NCBI GenBank assembly: GCA_964019335.1
Contig: OZ025652.1
Location: 248,001-312,000, forward strand
DNA from: Diplonema japonicum
Lineage: Eukaryota > Protista > Euglenozoa: Diplonemea
Direction of reading: 5' to 3'
DNA: 64,000 bases
A program made the translations under genes and the position numbers. Shown here one piece after another: positions 9,596 through 20,656 of this stretch (the stretch's first letter is position 1; each line of letters begins with the position of its first letter). Under the pieces are notes generated by a model, which did not search any database, had not been told where the DNA came from, and worked only from the letters and a program-made list of their open reading frames with translations.

Positions 9596-12500
9596 CTACA
9601 TGTCTACAAGTGGGCGGCGGTGCCTGCGTGTCTTTCTTTGTTGCTTCTTCACGTTGTAAGAGGATATGCACGACTCCACCTTGAGTGCCAGCGCCTCCAG
9701 AGAGTTGCCTACGAGAGGGAGCACAGGTGGCGGTGATGCTGGCAGCAGAGCGGGCGTTGCAAGAGCATGCTCGCGTGAGGACTTCAAGAACAGCTTCAAA
9801 ACAGCAATGTAAGCATGACGAGTGACCTTCTCGGCCTCCGATAGGAGGTGCCGCTCGCGGGACTCCTTTTCAATGTGTGCGATGTGTGCACGGTGCACCT
9901 TAGCCATGTCCTTCGTCTCTAGCATTGCTTCCTTCGCTATGAGCTGTGTTTTCAATTCTTCTACTTCTTCCACCTTTGCACGATAGTCCAGTTTCTGAGT
10001 GAGCTCCTTAGCGGTAGCCTCGGCGGTAGGGGTCAGCAGCCGCGCTTTAAGTTCCATTGCTGCCAATTTTCTCTTAACCTGTTCCATTTCTTTCTCGGTG
10101 CTTGTATCTGCGTTCCTTTGTAAATACTTACTTGCAGCTGCCAACCTAGGTCTCGCTCTTGGTGCGGGGGGCACCGGTATCGCCACCTCTAGCTCCTTGA
10201 CCCTGTGTGCCAGTGCGTCACGCTCCTCTTCGGCTTCCGCCAGTCGCGTCGATGCCTCATCTTTACCTTTTCTAAGGGCCTCGAGGTCCCCAGTTGCCTG
10301 AGCCTGCTCGCCCTCAAGCTTTGCTACAGTCTGTACCAGAGAAGGTACCCTGATAACTTGCTCCGAAAGCTGTTCCATCTCAGAGGTCAAGTATTCATTG
10401 CGTTTCTTCGCCGACCGCAGTGCTTGTTCTACAGCGTCCTTCTCACGCCGCATCTGTGCCATGTCGACCCCTGCGCCTTGCAGCCGTGTCTCCAGGCTCT
10501 TCTTCTCTCCTTCCACACCATTTAGCAGCCTCTCTAGCTCTGTCGCCCCTTGCTCCCCTTTCCGCCCTGTGCCTTCCTTCACCTTCACTGTTTTGCTATG
10601 CGCTTTTTCCAGTTCCGTACTCATGGTTTTATTCTCCTGCTGCAGCGCTTCGTAGTTGTATTTCACACCGTTCAGCTCTGAACGCAGCACTAGCATCTCC
10701 CTGTCGTCCTTCTCTATCCTGCTGATGAACCTCTCGCAAGCCTTCTCCAGTTGCTCTTTTTGCGCTTCCAGCTTCTCTGCTTCCTCAGCTTTCTCGAGTG
10801 CCACACCCACCTTTTCGTTCAGTTCCAACACCGTTTTGTTCGCCTTCTCCAAGTCGTTGGCAGTAAAGGCACGTCTTTCAATTTCTATAGTGAGGTCAGC
10901 CCGTAGCCCCTCCATGTCCTGCATCAGGGTAGCTGTCGTCGCCGAGTGATGTGAAGTTGCAATAGTAGTAGAAGCAGTAAAGACTTCCGCGGAGAGGACG
11001 ATGCGGGCGGACAACTCCTCCTGTTGCAAGAGGGACATGAACACGGTGTCGCAGTGCTCCCTAATGGATGCCCTGCCAAGTGTCTCAAGCTTCCCTACGT
11101 GGAACATGGACATCAGCCTGCGGTATGCCACCTTTTCCTCTTTCATGAACTCAAATGTGTCGTACTGGAAAGCTGTCACTAGCGAATACCTCCCGTCGAA
11201 TCTCGCCATCTCCTGCATCTCGAACCCCCTCCTTGCCTCCACGCACCGCTTCCCCCTAAGCCTTACCTCTCGTACCTTGTGCCCCCACATCTCCAATTCT
11301 CTAATACGGTTCATGGCGCTCTCCAGCCTCGTTGCGTCTTCCTTCCTCTTTCCTACCTCTTTCTCATACACTTCACGCAGTGCTTCAAAAGCTTCTTCGT
11401 CGTTCTTCATTTTGTTGTTGTCCTCCTGCAGCGATGCGGCTTCCTCTTCTGCATCTTTGCACTTTTGCTCAGCGCTTCTTGCCACGTCGAGGTGCTTGAG
11501 GCCCTCCTGCGAAAGCCGTTCGTTTTCTTCTGTTACACGCCGCAAATTCTGTAGTGCAGCGGCCTTGCTGTCTTGGAGGTCCTGGATCATCTGCAGTTGG
11601 GTTGCGTTCTCCTGTTGAAGGTCGGCCACCTGGTCCCTAAAAGCTTCAAGCTTCTCCGTGTGGGAAGTGTCGTGGAGCGAGGGATACGGATCGCCAATCT
11701 GCTCGAGTTCGTAGGAAAGAGAAGCTGCGTGCTCCTCCTGTGCATCAACAGGGGTCAAAGGGCTTGTAGTCAGTGACAATAATTCTTGTGGAAACACAGG
11801 ATCACCCTCTTCGTCAATGGGTGAAAGGAGGACACGCGAGGTAAGGTTGTCCACAAGTACGGGGAGGGGCTTAGTCACATCGAAGATGCTAGACATGGGT
11901 GGAAGCTCCATCGCAGGGCTGCAGCCGATGATATAATCGTCGACGTCAGGAGATGTAGTATGTATGATGGGGTTGCTCATCAGATCTAAAAACCTTTCGG
12001 TGGTGGCGATCTCCTCCCATACAGGGTCGTTCCCTTTCTCTTCCTCCTCCAGGATAGTGATCGACAGCTGCGTGGCATCCCCTTTGCAAAAGGAGTCGGG
12101 TCGTGACACCTCGCTGTCTGTGTCACGGTGTACCTGCAGCGGGTGTAGAGATGCAAGACAAGCCCCCAACACGCACAGCAGAAGGCCAATGTCGCCGGCC
12201 TCATCCTCAGGTTCCTTAGCGTCACGGATGCTCCGACTGTCTTGCGTGCTTGCGAGCAATACCTCCATGCTCTTGTCGCCCTGCGTGCTGGCGAACATGA
12301 CCTCAGTACCTTGCGTGCTGGCGAATACGACCTCAGTACCTTGCGTGCTGGCGAACATGACCTCAGTACCTTGCGTGCTGGCGAGCACTTCAGTAGTTTT
12401 ATCGCCCTGTGAGCTATCCTCCCCGCTAGCGAAGTCGACTGTCTCGTCCTCTGTGGTACCGACATGCTCCTGTTCAGGAGCTTCCTCGGGGTGGCCTTCC

Positions 12501-12862
12501 TCAGCCCCGCTCGCGGTTTCAGAATTCACAGCCAGTTTGGGCTCCTTTGGCGGGGCAGGAGATAAAGGAGCAGCAGTCAAGTCAGCACTCTTTGGCTGCC
12601 TCGGTGGGGACGGGGTCACTAGGTCAGGGTTGGTCTGTGTGACTTCTTCAGCTTCAAAGATCTCCTCGCTGTCCGAGCTTTCCAGATCAACGTTGCGCTT
12701 CCCCCACCGTACTGTTCTCTCGTCACCGTCGGAGCTCGTGTCAATGTCTGTGGTATTCCCTGTGTGCTCGTCCTCTTCCTCCCCACCCGGTCCCTCGTCG
12801 TCGCTTTCGTTCCATTGCCTTCTGGTGGGTCTTGATATGCTGTCGCTTTCAGTGTCGCTCAT
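9596..12862 (-). CDS. Large coiled-coil protein with an acidic disordered N-terminus
   Basis: 1088-aa ORF with extensive E/K/Q/L heptad segments. Confidence 0.85.
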   Translation of the reverse strand: MSDTESDSISRPTRRQWNESDDEGPGGEEEDEHTGNTTDIDTSSDGDERTVRWGKRNVDLESSDSEEIFEAEEVTQTNPDLVTPSPPRQPKSADLTAAPLSPAPPKEPKLAVNSETASGAEEGHPEEAPEQEHVGTTEDETVDFASGEDSSQGDKTTEVLASTQGTEVMFASTQGTEVVFASTQGTEVMFASTQGDKSMEVLLASTQDSRSIRDAKEPEDEAGDIGLLLCVLGACLASLHPLQVHRDTDSEVSRPDSFCKGDATQLSITILEEEEKGNDPVWEEIATTERFLDLMSNPIIHTTSPDVDDYIIGCSPAMELPPMSSIFDVTKPLPVLVDNLTSRVLLSPIDEEGDPVFPQELLSLTTSPLTPVDAQEEHAASLSYELEQIGDPYPSLHDTSHTEKLEAFRDQVADLQQENATQLQMIQDLQDSKAAALQNLRRVTEENERLSQEGLKHLDVARSAEQKCKDAEEEAASLQEDNNKMKNDEEAFEALREVYEKEVGKRKEDATRLESAMNRIRELEMWGHKVREVRLRGKRCVEARRGFEMQEMARFDGRYSLVTAFQYDTFEFMKEEKVAYRRLMSMFHVGKLETLGRASIREHCDTVFMSLLQQEELSARIVLSAEVFTASTTIATSHHSATTATLMQDMEGLRADLTIEIERRAFTANDLEKANKTVLELNEKVGVALEKAEEAEKLEAQKEQLEKACERFISRIEKDDREMLVLRSELNGVKYNYEALQQENKTMSTELEKAHSKTVKVKEGTGRKGEQGATELERLLNGVEGEKKSLETRLQGAGVDMAQMRREKDAVEQALRSAKKRNEYLTSEMEQLSEQVIRVPSLVQTVAKLEGEQAQATGDLEALRKGKDEASTRLAEAEEERDALAHRVKELEVAIPVPPAPRARPRLAAASKYLQRNADTSTEKEMEQVKRKLAAMELKARLLTPTAEATAKELTQKLDYRAKVEEVEELKTQLIAKEAMLETKDMAKVHRAHIAHIEKESRERHLLSEAEKVTRHAYIAVLKLFLKSSREHALATPALLPASPPPVLPLVGNSLEALALKVESCISSYNVKKQQRKTRRHRRPLVDM
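12282..12395 (-). repeat. 30-bp coding minisatellite, about 4 copies (ASTQGTEV[M/V]F)
   Basis: CCTCAGTACCTTGCGTGCTGGCGAACATGA repeated in tandem. Confidence 0.9.
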
Positions 12863-12949
12863 CTATTCCATCCTTCTGATGATCTCTATGTTTGCAGAAA
12901 TAAATGAAATTGCATGGATCTATTGTCTATTGTACAACCCCTTTTGAGC

Positions 12950-13297
12950 TTAAAGAGCAACACCCCTAGAGGGTGTTGTGGAAACCGTGACTATTAAGGG
13001 AAGAGGGTCGGGGGTGGGGGAGCGAACTTGCACTTCGATACTGCCGATAACAGGCTCGGGTGTTTCCTCCCTGAGGAAGGTGATGGAAAGATCATTTGCC
13101 CGGACGTGGCGCTTAACTGTATAAGTAGAGATGAACATTAACACTGCGCATCCCACGCACAGGACCAGGAAGATCACCAACAAGACAGGTAAGATATGTG
13201 TCTCGTCGTCGCTGTCCTTTATAACCAATGTCTCAGTAAGTGATTCACTCACTGTTGCCGTCCCCTGTGTCAGTGTTGCAGTCGCCGTCCGTGACAT
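12950..13297 (-). CDS. Small single-pass membrane protein (~115 aa)
   Basis: MSRTATATLTQG..., Thr-rich N-terminus and TM ILPVLLVIFLVLCVGCAVLMFI; U-rich tract + AG near 13320. Confidence 0.65.
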   Translation of the reverse strand: MSRTATATLTQGTATVSESLTETLVIKDSDDETHILPVLLVIFLVLCVGCAVLMFISTYTVKRHVRANDLSITFLREETPEPVIGSIEVQVRSPTPDPLPLIVTVSTTPSRGVAL

Positions 13298-13996
13298 GAC
13301 ATGGCTCAAACCCCCGACCTATAACATGCATGCAATAGAGCAACAAAGAAGAGAAAGAGAAAAAAAATTACTATGATAGGAAACGAAGTGGTTAGCAGCG
13401 GCCCACCGCGGTAATGATGCTCCCCTTTTGGGGTGCTACCTATTGTAGTGCCCAGCTGACGTTTATATCTTCTAACCGGTAATCTTCTCGGTTGTACTTC
13501 TTATCTTCCTCTTTCTCTTTTTCTTGCACCACGGAAGTGGTACTTCTTCTTAATTCTAACAAAATAAGCAAAATATAAAAATTTGATAAATTTCGGTGTG
13601 CGGGTGGGTGCTCACCGTTCAGGGAGAAATTCACACTAATCGGTCACCGTTCTGCGGTTGCTGTCTGGTGCCTGCGGTGGCTGTTTGTCGCGATGAGATG
13701 GACGGCATCTGAGCGAGAAACATTGCTTGGAGTCGTGCTAGGTAGGGGGCGGTTTGGCTCGAGGAGAAGAGTGGTCTCCTGTCGTAGCCGTGTGCCGTCG
13801 GGCCCCCAAGATGTCGAAGGGTGTGTACCCTTGTCTTTGCGTTGGGGAAAGCATTCTTCCCTAAAATACTTTTTAACCGTTACAAAGGTTGCCTACAGAG
13901 ATGAATCGAAACACACAACATTCTGTCCCCCCATACACACGTGTATCCTCAGACTTAAATCAAAATTAATTCAGTGTGCATGGGGGGTGCTCACGG

Positions 13997-16900
13997 TTAA
14001 TGAGATAGCAACAGGCCTTCTTGGTTAGAAGACTTCACGGAGCGCACCACGTGCGGGTTCACCTGTGACTGGTTAATAAGGTTACATAGATTGGTGAAGC
14101 CTTTCGAGTAAGCTATATCGGTAGCAGATTGATGCTCTGCGTTAGTAAGTGTCGTGTCTACGGATAACTCTAGGAAGAAGGCAACACATCTTTCAGCACC
14201 TGCTGAACATGCAACCATGAGTGGTGTGCTGCCAAGTGGGACGCGGGAGGGAAAGAGAATCTCGTCTATGTCACCACCATCAGTGAACATGACAGGTTCA
14301 GGCTCCTTCCCCACACGCACGTTTGCATCACACCCGTATCCCAGTAACATCTTCACTGCCTGCACATTGTCACACTCACAGGCTTCGTGTATTGCCATCC
14401 ACCCTCTTTTGTTTTGTTTTTCTAGTTCCAGCGTTCGCACAGGTGCCTCATTTGGCATCAGCATTGGCTCCAGCACACTCTTGTTATTTATTATGTTTGT
14501 TTTTGTGTGAAACAGCAACAGATAGTTTAAAATCGGCAGCGCTCTCACCGTCGTTGCCGCCATGTGCAGCAAGCTCCCCTCCGCGCCGTCTAACAACGGC
14601 ACCTTTGCATTCAGCATTGCGTAAGCCTCCTCGCAGTACCCTTCCAGAATGGCAATGTGTAGAGGTGTCCTCCCCTCGCAATCAGGCCGCGTCAACAGAT
14701 CCGGCAGTGACTCCGTCGCGTAGTGTATTAGCATCTTCGAAAGATGCAGATGTCTGGCGTGGAACGCCTCGATCAGTGGAGTGGCCTTCTGATAGTTACA
14801 CATCCAGATGTCCTTCATATTGTTGTTTAGTAAACGCTGCACCAGTACGATGTTGTTGTTCACGCACGCCAAGTGGATAGGCGCCATTCCAGTGTACGAC
14901 AGAGGCGCATCCAGAGTGCCGCCATACTCCTCCAACAACTGCACGGTATCTGCATACACATGGTTGCTGCATGCGAAATGCATATGTGTGTAGCCCTCTT
15001 TGATCACTTCGTTGGGACCGACGTGTTCATTGCGCAGCAAGAGTGTTATGATGCTCCCTGAGCAATGCTCAATAGCGCAGTGCAGAGCCGTGCTCCATCG
15101 GGCCGTTTCTTTTCGCACATCCACTCCGTATGTAATAAGGAACTTCGCCGTCGCAGGCATGTCATGCGAGATAGCAAGATACAATGGAGAAATACCTCGC
15201 TTCTGCTGGGACAGGAACTGCTTTAGTTCCATGACACAATTCATAGAACCGTGCAAACAAGCTGAGCTCACGGGGATGTGCCCCTTCTTGTTGTAGAGAT
15301 CAGGCTGTGCTCCGTAACAAAGAAGGATCTTCACCATGGCAAGGCTTCCGTGGATGCATGCTACGTGGAGAGGCGTGTTGCCGTCATCGCACGCGATGTT
15401 GGGGTCTGCCCCCAGAATCATGAGTTGTACTAGAGCAACTTCGTTGTTGGCCTGGGCTGCCACGAAGCACGCAGTCCCCCCACAAGGATCGTCGATATCC
15501 AAGCCAGCATTAACAAGAACAGGTATTGTGTTACTGAACAGCCTGTTGTCGGCACATCCCTCTCTCATGTGCATGATACTCTCCCATCGCCCATTAACGC
15601 AAACCTCAACACACTCTGCACTCTGCATGGGCGGTTCAACCTCGTACGCCATGACGTAGCTGCCTGGATCCAATGTGCATGTCGTGTTGCTCCATGACAG
15701 AACAATATCATGGTTGAAGATGTCATGCACGCGCATGGACGTTTTGGGTGTGCTGAACCTAAAAGCAGTTGTATACTTACTGCAAAACGGAGTTGCGGCG
15801 GCGGCGTACTGCAGCGGTCCATACCCAAAACAGCCCGTCGTTATCAAGGCCCCTTCTTCAAGCAGCGTTTTCACAATGGTAGAAGGGCCATGCATGCACG
15901 CATAGTGCAGGGGCGTGCTTCCCCATTTATTCGCAATATTCAAGTTCACCTGTTGAGATTCAAGCAGAATGTCGATCACATTTGAGTGTCCCCTGAAACA
16001 GGCCAAGTGGAGGGCTGTGTTGTCATTGTTGTCCACAGCATTTATCTGGAGGGAGTCACACGCGACAAGGGTCCGCGCGCACTCCGAGCCTGACACAGCA
16101 GCAGTGTGTAAAGCTGTTGCACCGAGACTATTTCTATGTTCAGTGCCTATACCGTGATGCAGTAGAAGCTTGAAGCACTTCGACGAGTCGAACTCACATG
16201 CAACGTGCAGCGCAGAAGAGCCGTCCGAAGCAAGAGCGTTAACTACAATTGAGCCACTGCCAACGAGGGTCTCGAGGAGGTCAGGTTGCTCACATGCCGT
16301 GGCGTAAAAGAGAGGTGTCCAGCGGTACTTCCCTCTGTCTCGGATGTTGTATTGGCCGCGAAACAGCCCTACAGTCGCGATGCACCCCCTCATGCATGCA
16401 AGATGTATTGGGTACTGTCCTGTGATTGTGGGTATCCTTTGCAGAGACATCATCATCAGTTCGCGACAGCATTTGCTGAAACCATTCTTCGTTGCTATAT
16501 GAAGAGCTGTCTGCCCGTCATTGTTCAGAATGCAGAACCACGTATCGATGAAGGTCATATGCTTCTTGTGCTGTTTCAAACATGTGGTGAGCTGTGTCAC
16601 CATCCCTTCGGCACAACTGGAGGCCGCGAGATGCAGAGCAGTGTTGCCGTCAACATCTCTTGCTTCAAGGAGCTCATCAAAGCAACCGACCTCTTCAGCA
16701 GCAGCAAGCAGCGGTAGCACATTCGAACAATGTCCGTCCTTAGCAATGGCATGCAGTGCTGTGCGTCCTAGGCTGGTTACTGAGAGGAGTTCCACGCGTG
16801 GGTTACCAGTCATGAGTGAGTCAAGAAAATCACAGTACCGAGCTGCGCCAGTTTTGAGACTCATGGTATGGAGGATACTTGCGTTCAGTTCCATGCTGAC

Positions 16901-19900
16901 GCAGCTCTGTGCCGCGTGCTCTTGCCTGAGAACCATGAGCAGTGAATTTAAAGTCGCACTAGGGCGTGCCGCGTTTGCGTTCTGTGCGAACCGTAAGGTA
17001 CCGAGCGTGAGGTAGGGCAGTCGAGGGTGGCGGACAAACCTCTCGACCATAGCAAGCCTGCCGTAGCTGACAGCGTTCTCCAACACAGACTTGCCATCAG
17101 CTGAGTACACAGACAGATCGATGTCGCGCGCTTCACACAACACATTCAAGCACTCCATTTGATTGTTGGCTATGCACATATGGATCGGTGGATTGTTTGT
17201 TGGTTTATTCGGGTTAGCACCATTTCGCAGCAGAATGCCCAGCAACTCCGGCCTACCCCAGTTGCACACGTATTCAACAGGAGCCATTCCACTGATGTTC
17301 ACATGGTTTATGTTTAACTCAGCGGGGAGGCTGCTGCAGAACAGGTCCACCTTGCCCATTTCCACAGAATCGGAGTTTACCCCTGCAACCTTGCAACGCT
17401 GCTTAACTGACAAGTGCCACTTTTTGTAGTACCTTCTTATTATGGCAATGGAAAGGATCTTCTGAACATGTTCGAGGATGGCGCTCTTCAACACTACTAC
17501 CTTAGCTTGCTTTCTGGCATCTTTTCCTGCTTCCTCATCCCCCCGGATCAGTTCTATTTGCTTGTGAAGATAGGCAATCTGCAGCCGAAGCCCTTTAAGC
17601 TGTTCGACGAACTCGTTGTTAGCAGACACAGTAATGGACGTGAACTTGACATGGAACTTTGACAGGATGTCCTGGTAAAAAGAAATGATTTTATTACGTT
17701 CCATATTCTCTGCTGTGGCAGCCAGGTCAAGCACAGAATAAGACGGTGCTGTGGGTTCGCTCGACTCGTTGGTGTCCATGTTTGTATTGAACACAGGTGG
17801 TATGTCTTCTACAAGATCGACCAGGTTTGCGCGCTCTTGGCACCATGTCCGCATCAGTAGCCTGCACGCCCTGCGCCCCTGCCGCACGACCATGTCTTCC
17901 GTGTCCGCGCTGTACCCTATCGGTGTCAGCCCGTGCGAGTTTTTCGCGTTTATGTTCCAACCTTTCTCCAGCAATTCCCTCGTGATGTCTAAGCACCCGC
18001 TCATCACTGACACATGCAGTGCTGTGTTCCCGTCGATATCGCAGTGCTGTATCAGCTTCGCGAGGCTCGTCCTCTCCAACTTCGCAGGTGCGTTCAGAAT
18101 GTACACCGCCACAGACAACGAAAAGTTCCGGCACGCTTCAAACAATGGTGTTGAGAGGGAGGGTGTGGCAGGTGTGTCGTAGTGCATGCCGAGCACCTCG
18201 ACGAGATACTTGAAAAGCTGCAGGTGGCCCCCTCTTGCCGCGTAGTGCGTGAAGGACATGCCGTCTTGATCTGCGTCGCCTTCAAAGCTGTGATCGTAAA
18301 ACGCTTCAATTACATTCAGTCTGCCTTGCTTTGCTGCTATCAAGAGAGGAGTAAGCCCGTCCTGTGTACGCGACCTTATAGTCGACTGGAGTAGTTTCAA
18401 CACCTCTTTGTGGCCAGAACCCGCTGCCATATGCGCGGCAGTCCTCCCAGCGCTGTCTGCTATTTTGGGGTCGAAGCCAGCATTCATAAAACACGAAACG
18501 ATATCCGTGCTCCCACGCAAAGCTGCGAGATGAAGAGCCAACTTTGAGTGATGAACATCAGGTAAAAGGGCCTCAACAAGAGGCAATTTCCCAGTGAACG
18601 CGGCCACGTCCAGAGCAGTCAGACCTTCACTGTCACGCCGGTCTAAGCTTATGCAGATAACGTCGAATGTCAGTAAGTACCTAACGATTCGCACCTGTTG
18701 TGCTCGTACTGCGATGTGCAGCATAGTTTCATTGTTATGCGTCACCATCTGCAGAACCTCTGGCGCTACATTCACCACTTCCCTCAAGCAGAACAGGGAA
18801 TTCTGTGCGGCACAGTGCGCACTGGAATAGCCTTTGATGTCTGTTGCTGTCAAACAAGCACCTTGCGCAATAAGCAGCTGTACAACCTTTGTCCGACCGC
18901 TAAAACAAGCTTTATGTAGCGGTGTTTGCTGACTGTTGTCAACAGTATCAACAGGTAAATACCTTAGCTTTCTGATCAGCTTTACTAGAGCTGTGTTTCC
19001 ATAGAATGCGGCCCAGTGCAAAGGAGTTGCTCCGTTGTTATCTGTAACCTTCTGTGCATAACACGATTTAAGTAACTTAAACGCTTCATTCCAACCGTAC
19101 CGTGCTGCGCAGTGCAGAGGGGAGATGGCACCAGCATCAGTAGTACACCAGTCCTTAATGAACTTAATTGTAGCGATATGGCCGCCCATTGCAGCAAGGT
19201 GAAGGCATGCGAAGCCCATTTTGTCTACCTGGATCAAAACATCGACAGGGTTCCGTTTCTTAGCTTGCAGATACGCAATGAACAGCTTGAGGATGTCAAT
19301 GCACCCCAGACGTGCTGCGTAGTGCACAGCTGTTTGACCTGTGGCAGGTGACGTGAGTTCTATCCGCGCACCAGCATTAATGAGCTGCTTGCAAGCTGGT
19401 ATGCACTTTTCCGACACAGCTTCCATCAAGGCTGTCTTACCATTGTTGCTGAAGGCGTTGGGATCTCCAAGGGCACCCATTAGCATGGAAAGCGTTTCAA
19501 GCGAACCCCCTTTAGTGGCATGATGCACTGCAGCTATAAGTCTTGGATCTTGTTTGCTAACGTTGGGTCCAAGCAGCATGTTTACGAGCGAGACAGCATT
19601 GCAGCGGCATGCAACTTCCAAAGGAGTGACGCTGCTGGTGCTACCTATAGCAGGGCTCGCGCCTGCATCCAGCAGCGCACGGCAACACGCCAATGAAGAT
19701 GACCTTGCTGCGAGGTATAAAGGAGTCATCCCCCGCGTGTCGACCAGGTTAACCTTGATGGACCACGGACCTCCGTTCAAAAGCACTTCAATGCAATGAG
19801 GGTGGTTGTACTGTGAAGCATAGTGAAGGGGGGTGCGCAGCAAGTACCTGCACCGCGTACTGGGGTTGCCGCTGTTGTACAGCAGCACATTCAAACAACT

Positions 19901-20656
19901 GGACTTTCCGTATATCGCTGCTGTGTGAATAGCGAGCCTGCCCGCTTTGTCATATGAGTTTGTCAAAATGTTGTGACGCAGCAGAAGGCATACTAACAGT
20001 TTGGAACCGCTGTAGCAAGCCCAGTGCAGAGCAGTGCAGTTCCAAAGGTCTGTGACGGACGGGTTTACCCTTCGAGCCAGCAGAAACCTTGTGCAGTCAA
20101 CAGAGCCTGTGAATGCAGCAACATGCAGACATTTGATGTTGTAAGGACCGTCAACTGAAAGGGGGATGCTTGGGGTGGCGTTGGAAAGGAGCTTAAGGGC
20201 TGAGGCCATTTTGCGTGAGGTCGCTTCGTGGAGATACGACCACCCAGTGCAAGGAGTCTTCGCTGCTATATGAGGCGTCGCCTGCAGTAGTTCCAGTATA
20301 CAACCGATGTTACCAAACTCCAGTGCTTTGTGAAGAGGTGATTTGCTCAGCTTGTCTATGGAGTCCCATGTCGCACCTGAAAGAAGGAGCGACCTACAAC
20401 ATTTCACAGCATTGTATTCACACGCCACATGTAAAGGTGTCCTCCCATCGTTGTCCTTCATCCCTGGGTCCGCTCCGTGGTGCAGCAGTGTGTTTAGAGC
20501 AACCCATTGCTTCTTCGCGCAGCAAAGATGGACTGCAGTAAAACCGCGATCATCTGTTAGATTGAGCCCTCCTGTGTGCCGCAGTATCGTCGGCACTAAT
20601 TCGACTTGCCCTGAAGACACCGCTTCGTGCAGAGAGGCTTGCGGCAGACACTCCAT
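13997..20656 (-). CDS. Very large ankyrin-repeat protein (2219 aa)
   Basis: Dozens of G-x-T-[PA]-L-H-x-A...LL..GA motifs (e.g. GRTPLHVACEYNAVKCCRSLLLSGA); non-ankyrin coiled/helical insert around aa 950-1100. Confidence 0.93.
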   Translation of the reverse strand: MECLPQASLHEAVSSGQVELVPTILRHTGGLNLTDDRGFTAVHLCCAKKQWVALNTLLHHGADPGMKDNDGRTPLHVACEYNAVKCCRSLLLSGATWDSIDKLSKSPLHKALEFGNIGCILELLQATPHIAAKTPCTGWSYLHEATSRKMASALKLLSNATPSIPLSVDGPYNIKCLHVAAFTGSVDCTRFLLARRVNPSVTDLWNCTALHWACYSGSKLLVCLLLRHNILTNSYDKAGRLAIHTAAIYGKSSCLNVLLYNSGNPSTRCRYLLRTPLHYASQYNHPHCIEVLLNGGPWSIKVNLVDTRGMTPLYLAARSSSLACCRALLDAGASPAIGSTSSVTPLEVACRCNAVSLVNMLLGPNVSKQDPRLIAAVHHATKGGSLETLSMLMGALGDPNAFSNNGKTALMEAVSEKCIPACKQLINAGARIELTSPATGQTAVHYAARLGCIDILKLFIAYLQAKKRNPVDVLIQVDKMGFACLHLAAMGGHIATIKFIKDWCTTDAGAISPLHCAARYGWNEAFKLLKSCYAQKVTDNNGATPLHWAAFYGNTALVKLIRKLRYLPVDTVDNSQQTPLHKACFSGRTKVVQLLIAQGACLTATDIKGYSSAHCAAQNSLFCLREVVNVAPEVLQMVTHNNETMLHIAVRAQQVRIVRYLLTFDVICISLDRRDSEGLTALDVAAFTGKLPLVEALLPDVHHSKLALHLAALRGSTDIVSCFMNAGFDPKIADSAGRTAAHMAAGSGHKEVLKLLQSTIRSRTQDGLTPLLIAAKQGRLNVIEAFYDHSFEGDADQDGMSFTHYAARGGHLQLFKYLVEVLGMHYDTPATPSLSTPLFEACRNFSLSVAVYILNAPAKLERTSLAKLIQHCDIDGNTALHVSVMSGCLDITRELLEKGWNINAKNSHGLTPIGYSADTEDMVVRQGRRACRLLMRTWCQERANLVDLVEDIPPVFNTNMDTNESSEPTAPSYSVLDLAATAENMERNKIISFYQDILSKFHVKFTSITVSANNEFVEQLKGLRLQIAYLHKQIELIRGDEEAGKDARKQAKVVVLKSAILEHVQKILSIAIIRRYYKKWHLSVKQRCKVAGVNSDSVEMGKVDLFCSSLPAELNINHVNISGMAPVEYVCNWGRPELLGILLRNGANPNKPTNNPPIHMCIANNQMECLNVLCEARDIDLSVYSADGKSVLENAVSYGRLAMVERFVRHPRLPYLTLGTLRFAQNANAARPSATLNSLLMVLRQEHAAQSCVSMELNASILHTMSLKTGAARYCDFLDSLMTGNPRVELLSVTSLGRTALHAIAKDGHCSNVLPLLAAAEEVGCFDELLEARDVDGNTALHLAASSCAEGMVTQLTTCLKQHKKHMTFIDTWFCILNNDGQTALHIATKNGFSKCCRELMMMSLQRIPTITGQYPIHLACMRGCIATVGLFRGQYNIRDRGKYRWTPLFYATACEQPDLLETLVGSGSIVVNALASDGSSALHVACEFDSSKCFKLLLHHGIGTEHRNSLGATALHTAAVSGSECARTLVACDSLQINAVDNNDNTALHLACFRGHSNVIDILLESQQVNLNIANKWGSTPLHYACMHGPSTIVKTLLEEGALITTGCFGYGPLQYAAAATPFCSKYTTAFRFSTPKTSMRVHDIFNHDIVLSWSNTTCTLDPGSYVMAYEVEPPMQSAECVEVCVNGRWESIMHMREGCADNRLFSNTIPVLVNAGLDIDDPCGGTACFVAAQANNEVALVQLMILGADPNIACDDGNTPLHVACIHGSLAMVKILLCYGAQPDLYNKKGHIPVSSACLHGSMNCVMELKQFLSQQKRGISPLYLAISHDMPATAKFLITYGVDVRKETARWSTALHCAIEHCSGSIITLLLRNEHVGPNEVIKEGYTHMHFACSNHVYADTVQLLEEYGGTLDAPLSYTGMAPIHLACVNNNIVLVQRLLNNNMKDIWMCNYQKATPLIEAFHARHLHLSKMLIHYATESLPDLLTRPDCEGRTPLHIAILEGYCEEAYAMLNAKVPLLDGAEGSLLHMAATTVRALPILNYLLLFHTKTNIINNKSVLEPMLMPNEAPVRTLELEKQNKRGWMAIHEACECDNVQAVKMLLGYGCDANVRVGKEPEPVMFTDGGDIDEILFPSRVPLGSTPLMVACSAGAERCVAFFLELSVDTTLTNAEHQSATDIAYSKGFTNLCNLINQSQVNPHVVRSVKSSNQEGLLLSH

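Noticed and set aside
12282-12395. CRISPR-like array
   Set aside because: Contiguous 30-bp units with no unique spacers, in frame within a eukaryotic CDS.
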